Of a stretch of 64,000 nucleotides of DNA, positions 63,308-64,000 are shown piece by piece. The position numbers and the translations under genes were made by a program. Numbering within the stretch: the first letter of the stretch is position 1; the number at the start of each line of letters is the position of its first letter. Location: assembly GCF_009914755.1 (NCBI RefSeq), contig NC_060943.1. One strand, 5' to 3'. The notes below the pieces were generated by a model. The model was not told where the DNA came from. It saw only the letters and a list, made by a program, of their open reading frames with translations, and did no database searches. This DNA comes from the human T2T-CHM13v2.0 reference genome, Homo sapiens.

Positions 63308-63719
63308 TGAGACAAGAGTCTCATTCCGTCACTCAGGCTGGAGTGCAGTGGTGGGATCTTGGCTCACTGCTAACCTCCGCCTCTCAGGCTCAGGTGATTC
63401 TCATGCCTCAGCCTCCGGAGTAGCTGGGATTACAGTTTGTGCAACCACGCATGGCTAATTTTTTTTGTATTTTTAGTAGAGATGAGGTTTTGCCATGTTG
63501 GTCGGGCTGGTCTCGAACTCCTGACCTCAAGTGATCCATCTGCCTTAGCCTCCCAAAGTGCTGGGATTACAGGCGTGCATGATGCCCGGCCTCCTTGTCG
63601 CTTTCAAACAGTGCTTCTAGGAGCTAACAAAGAAGTGCCTCTTTGTATGATTCCCCAAGAGAGACCCACCCAGGCAGCACCTAGCCAAGGGACAAAGACC
63701 ACTCCTATCCAAAAGCCCT

Positions 63720-64000
63720 TTGATTCAACTTTTTTTTATTTTTTTTTTCTTTTTGAATGTCATGCAATAATTCACAGTCCCAAGCCCACGGTTTTCAAAC
63801 AAGGTAGGAAAAAAGGAAAAAAGAAGCAAAGGAATCTGTGGTGATGGTGGGTTTTTCTTCTTCTTTTGTTGTTTCAAGCAGGACCAAATGTCAGAAAAAA
63901 ATGCCTCTTTTCTCAATCATTAATTTTTTTGTCCTTTTTAAAATTGTTTATTGTTATTATTATTTTTTTAAATTGATTTCTGCAGGCAGTAATAGTAGGG
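63720..64000 (-). other. CACNA1A: Probable distal end of the CACNA1A 3' UTR
   Basis: Unique AU-rich non-repeat sequence with minus-strand AATAAA at 63740-63735 (another at 63952-63947). Gene identity is inferred from the known order STX10-IER2-CACNA1A, not from coding sequence. Confidence 0.55.

Overview
Human genomic DNA, recognisable as the 19p13.13 STX10-IER2-(CACNA1A 3' end) interval. Left part: the complete 8-exon STX10 gene (minus strand, 750-nt CDS, 249 aa; intron 2 is a minor-spliceosome AT-AC intron) lies head-to-head across a CpG island with the immediate-early gene IER2 (plus strand, single-exon CDS 10401-11072, 223 aa; SRE about 1.2 kb upstream, CRE+TATA core promoter). Downstream are an RPL12 processed pseudogene inside a nested Alu stack, several Alu-free GC-rich islands that look regulatory, a solo LTR12C/ERV9 LTR with a 4-bp TSD, and MER58/MER20/MER34/MaLR/L1M/MIR relics. 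The window is extremely Alu-dense (more than half by eye) and probably ends in the last ~280 nt of the CACNA1A 3' UTR. Nearly all ORF-track entries outside STX10, IER2, the RPL12 retrocopy and the L1 fragments are Alu, simple-repeat or GC-rich artefacts. I see no new protein-coding system. The best unexplained signals are cis-regulatory or RNA-level: a twice-repeated 36-bp palindromic element in a MYB-site cluster, a perfect 19-bp hairpin built inside a MIR, a duplicated CTCF cassette, a tandem-duplicated U12 branch site, a splice-junction-created uORF in the long IER2 isoform, a MIR-derived poison-exon candidate in STX10, and several non-retrotransposition local copy events.
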